Shown here piece after piece: positions 63,542 through 64,000 of a stretch of DNA of 64,000 nt. The notes below the pieces were generated by a model, which ran no database searches, had not been told where the DNA came from, and saw only the letters and a list, made by a program, of their open reading frames with translations. Origin of the DNA: Narcine bancroftii (Eukaryota); the NCBI RefSeq assembly GCF_036971445.1, contig NC_091478.1:76260001-76324000 (forward strand), read 5' to 3'. A program made the translations under genes and the position numbers. Within the stretch, counting starts at the first letter, position 1; the number at the start of each line of letters is the position of its first letter.

Positions 63542-64000
63542 ATTCAAAAATCAAAGAACACTAATTAAAGTTTGGAACTTCCAAATAAACCAGAATATTA
63601 GTTTGTATTTTAAAAAGAAATACTTTATCCTGCAGCAATAACATGGTTTTTGACAGCACAAGACAAACTGATACTGAGGCAAATGTCAATATTTCCTTAG
63701 AATCCTGCCATGTACAATGTTCAAGGCTATGATTGTAGAGTGCTTTAACCAAATTCAATCCCAGTTTTAGAAATGTTGCCTATTTCTCCTCTCCAAATTG
63801 AGCAATATAGTTTGAATACTTCAACAAATTTCAGATTATAACTCTTGCATTTAACATGTTCAGCAGCTACATACTGCATGCTTCTGAACATTTGCATATC
63901 TTTTATGCAAACTGTGGTTGTCGTGTTTTGCACCTGCCATTTCTCTGAAGCCCATCAATAAATTGATTTATTCACCTACCTTTGGCTTCAGGTGAAATGA

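Overview
Eukaryotic, repeat-rich vertebrate DNA. The repeat content (CR1, L1, Penelope, Rex/L2-like, RTE, Gypsy) suggests a cartilaginous fish, but that is inference. I assembled three spliced protein-coding genes by hand from GT-AG junctions with consistent phases. (1) The first six exons of a transglutaminase (minus strand, catalytic GQCWVF exon at 79-256, continuing off the left edge). (2) A complete five-exon TMPPE, 428 aa, minus strand. (3) A complete four-exon uncharacterised membrane-anchored JmjC/cupin protein, about 320 aa, plus strand, with an intact H-x-D...H triad. TMPPE and the JmjC gene are divergent CpG-island genes, each head-to-head with a tRNA-Leu(CAG) gene; the two tRNAs point at each other. 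Two observations stand out. First, a 2.5-kb tandem array is built from the TMPPE exon-1/intron-1 junction itself: 38 copies of the 5' splice site, with higher-order structure and an in-frame stop in every unit. Second, two Gypsy elements lack a tRNA primer-binding site and instead carry a post-LTR sequence complementary to the poly(A)-signal region of their own LTR, and this pairing covaries between the two elements.
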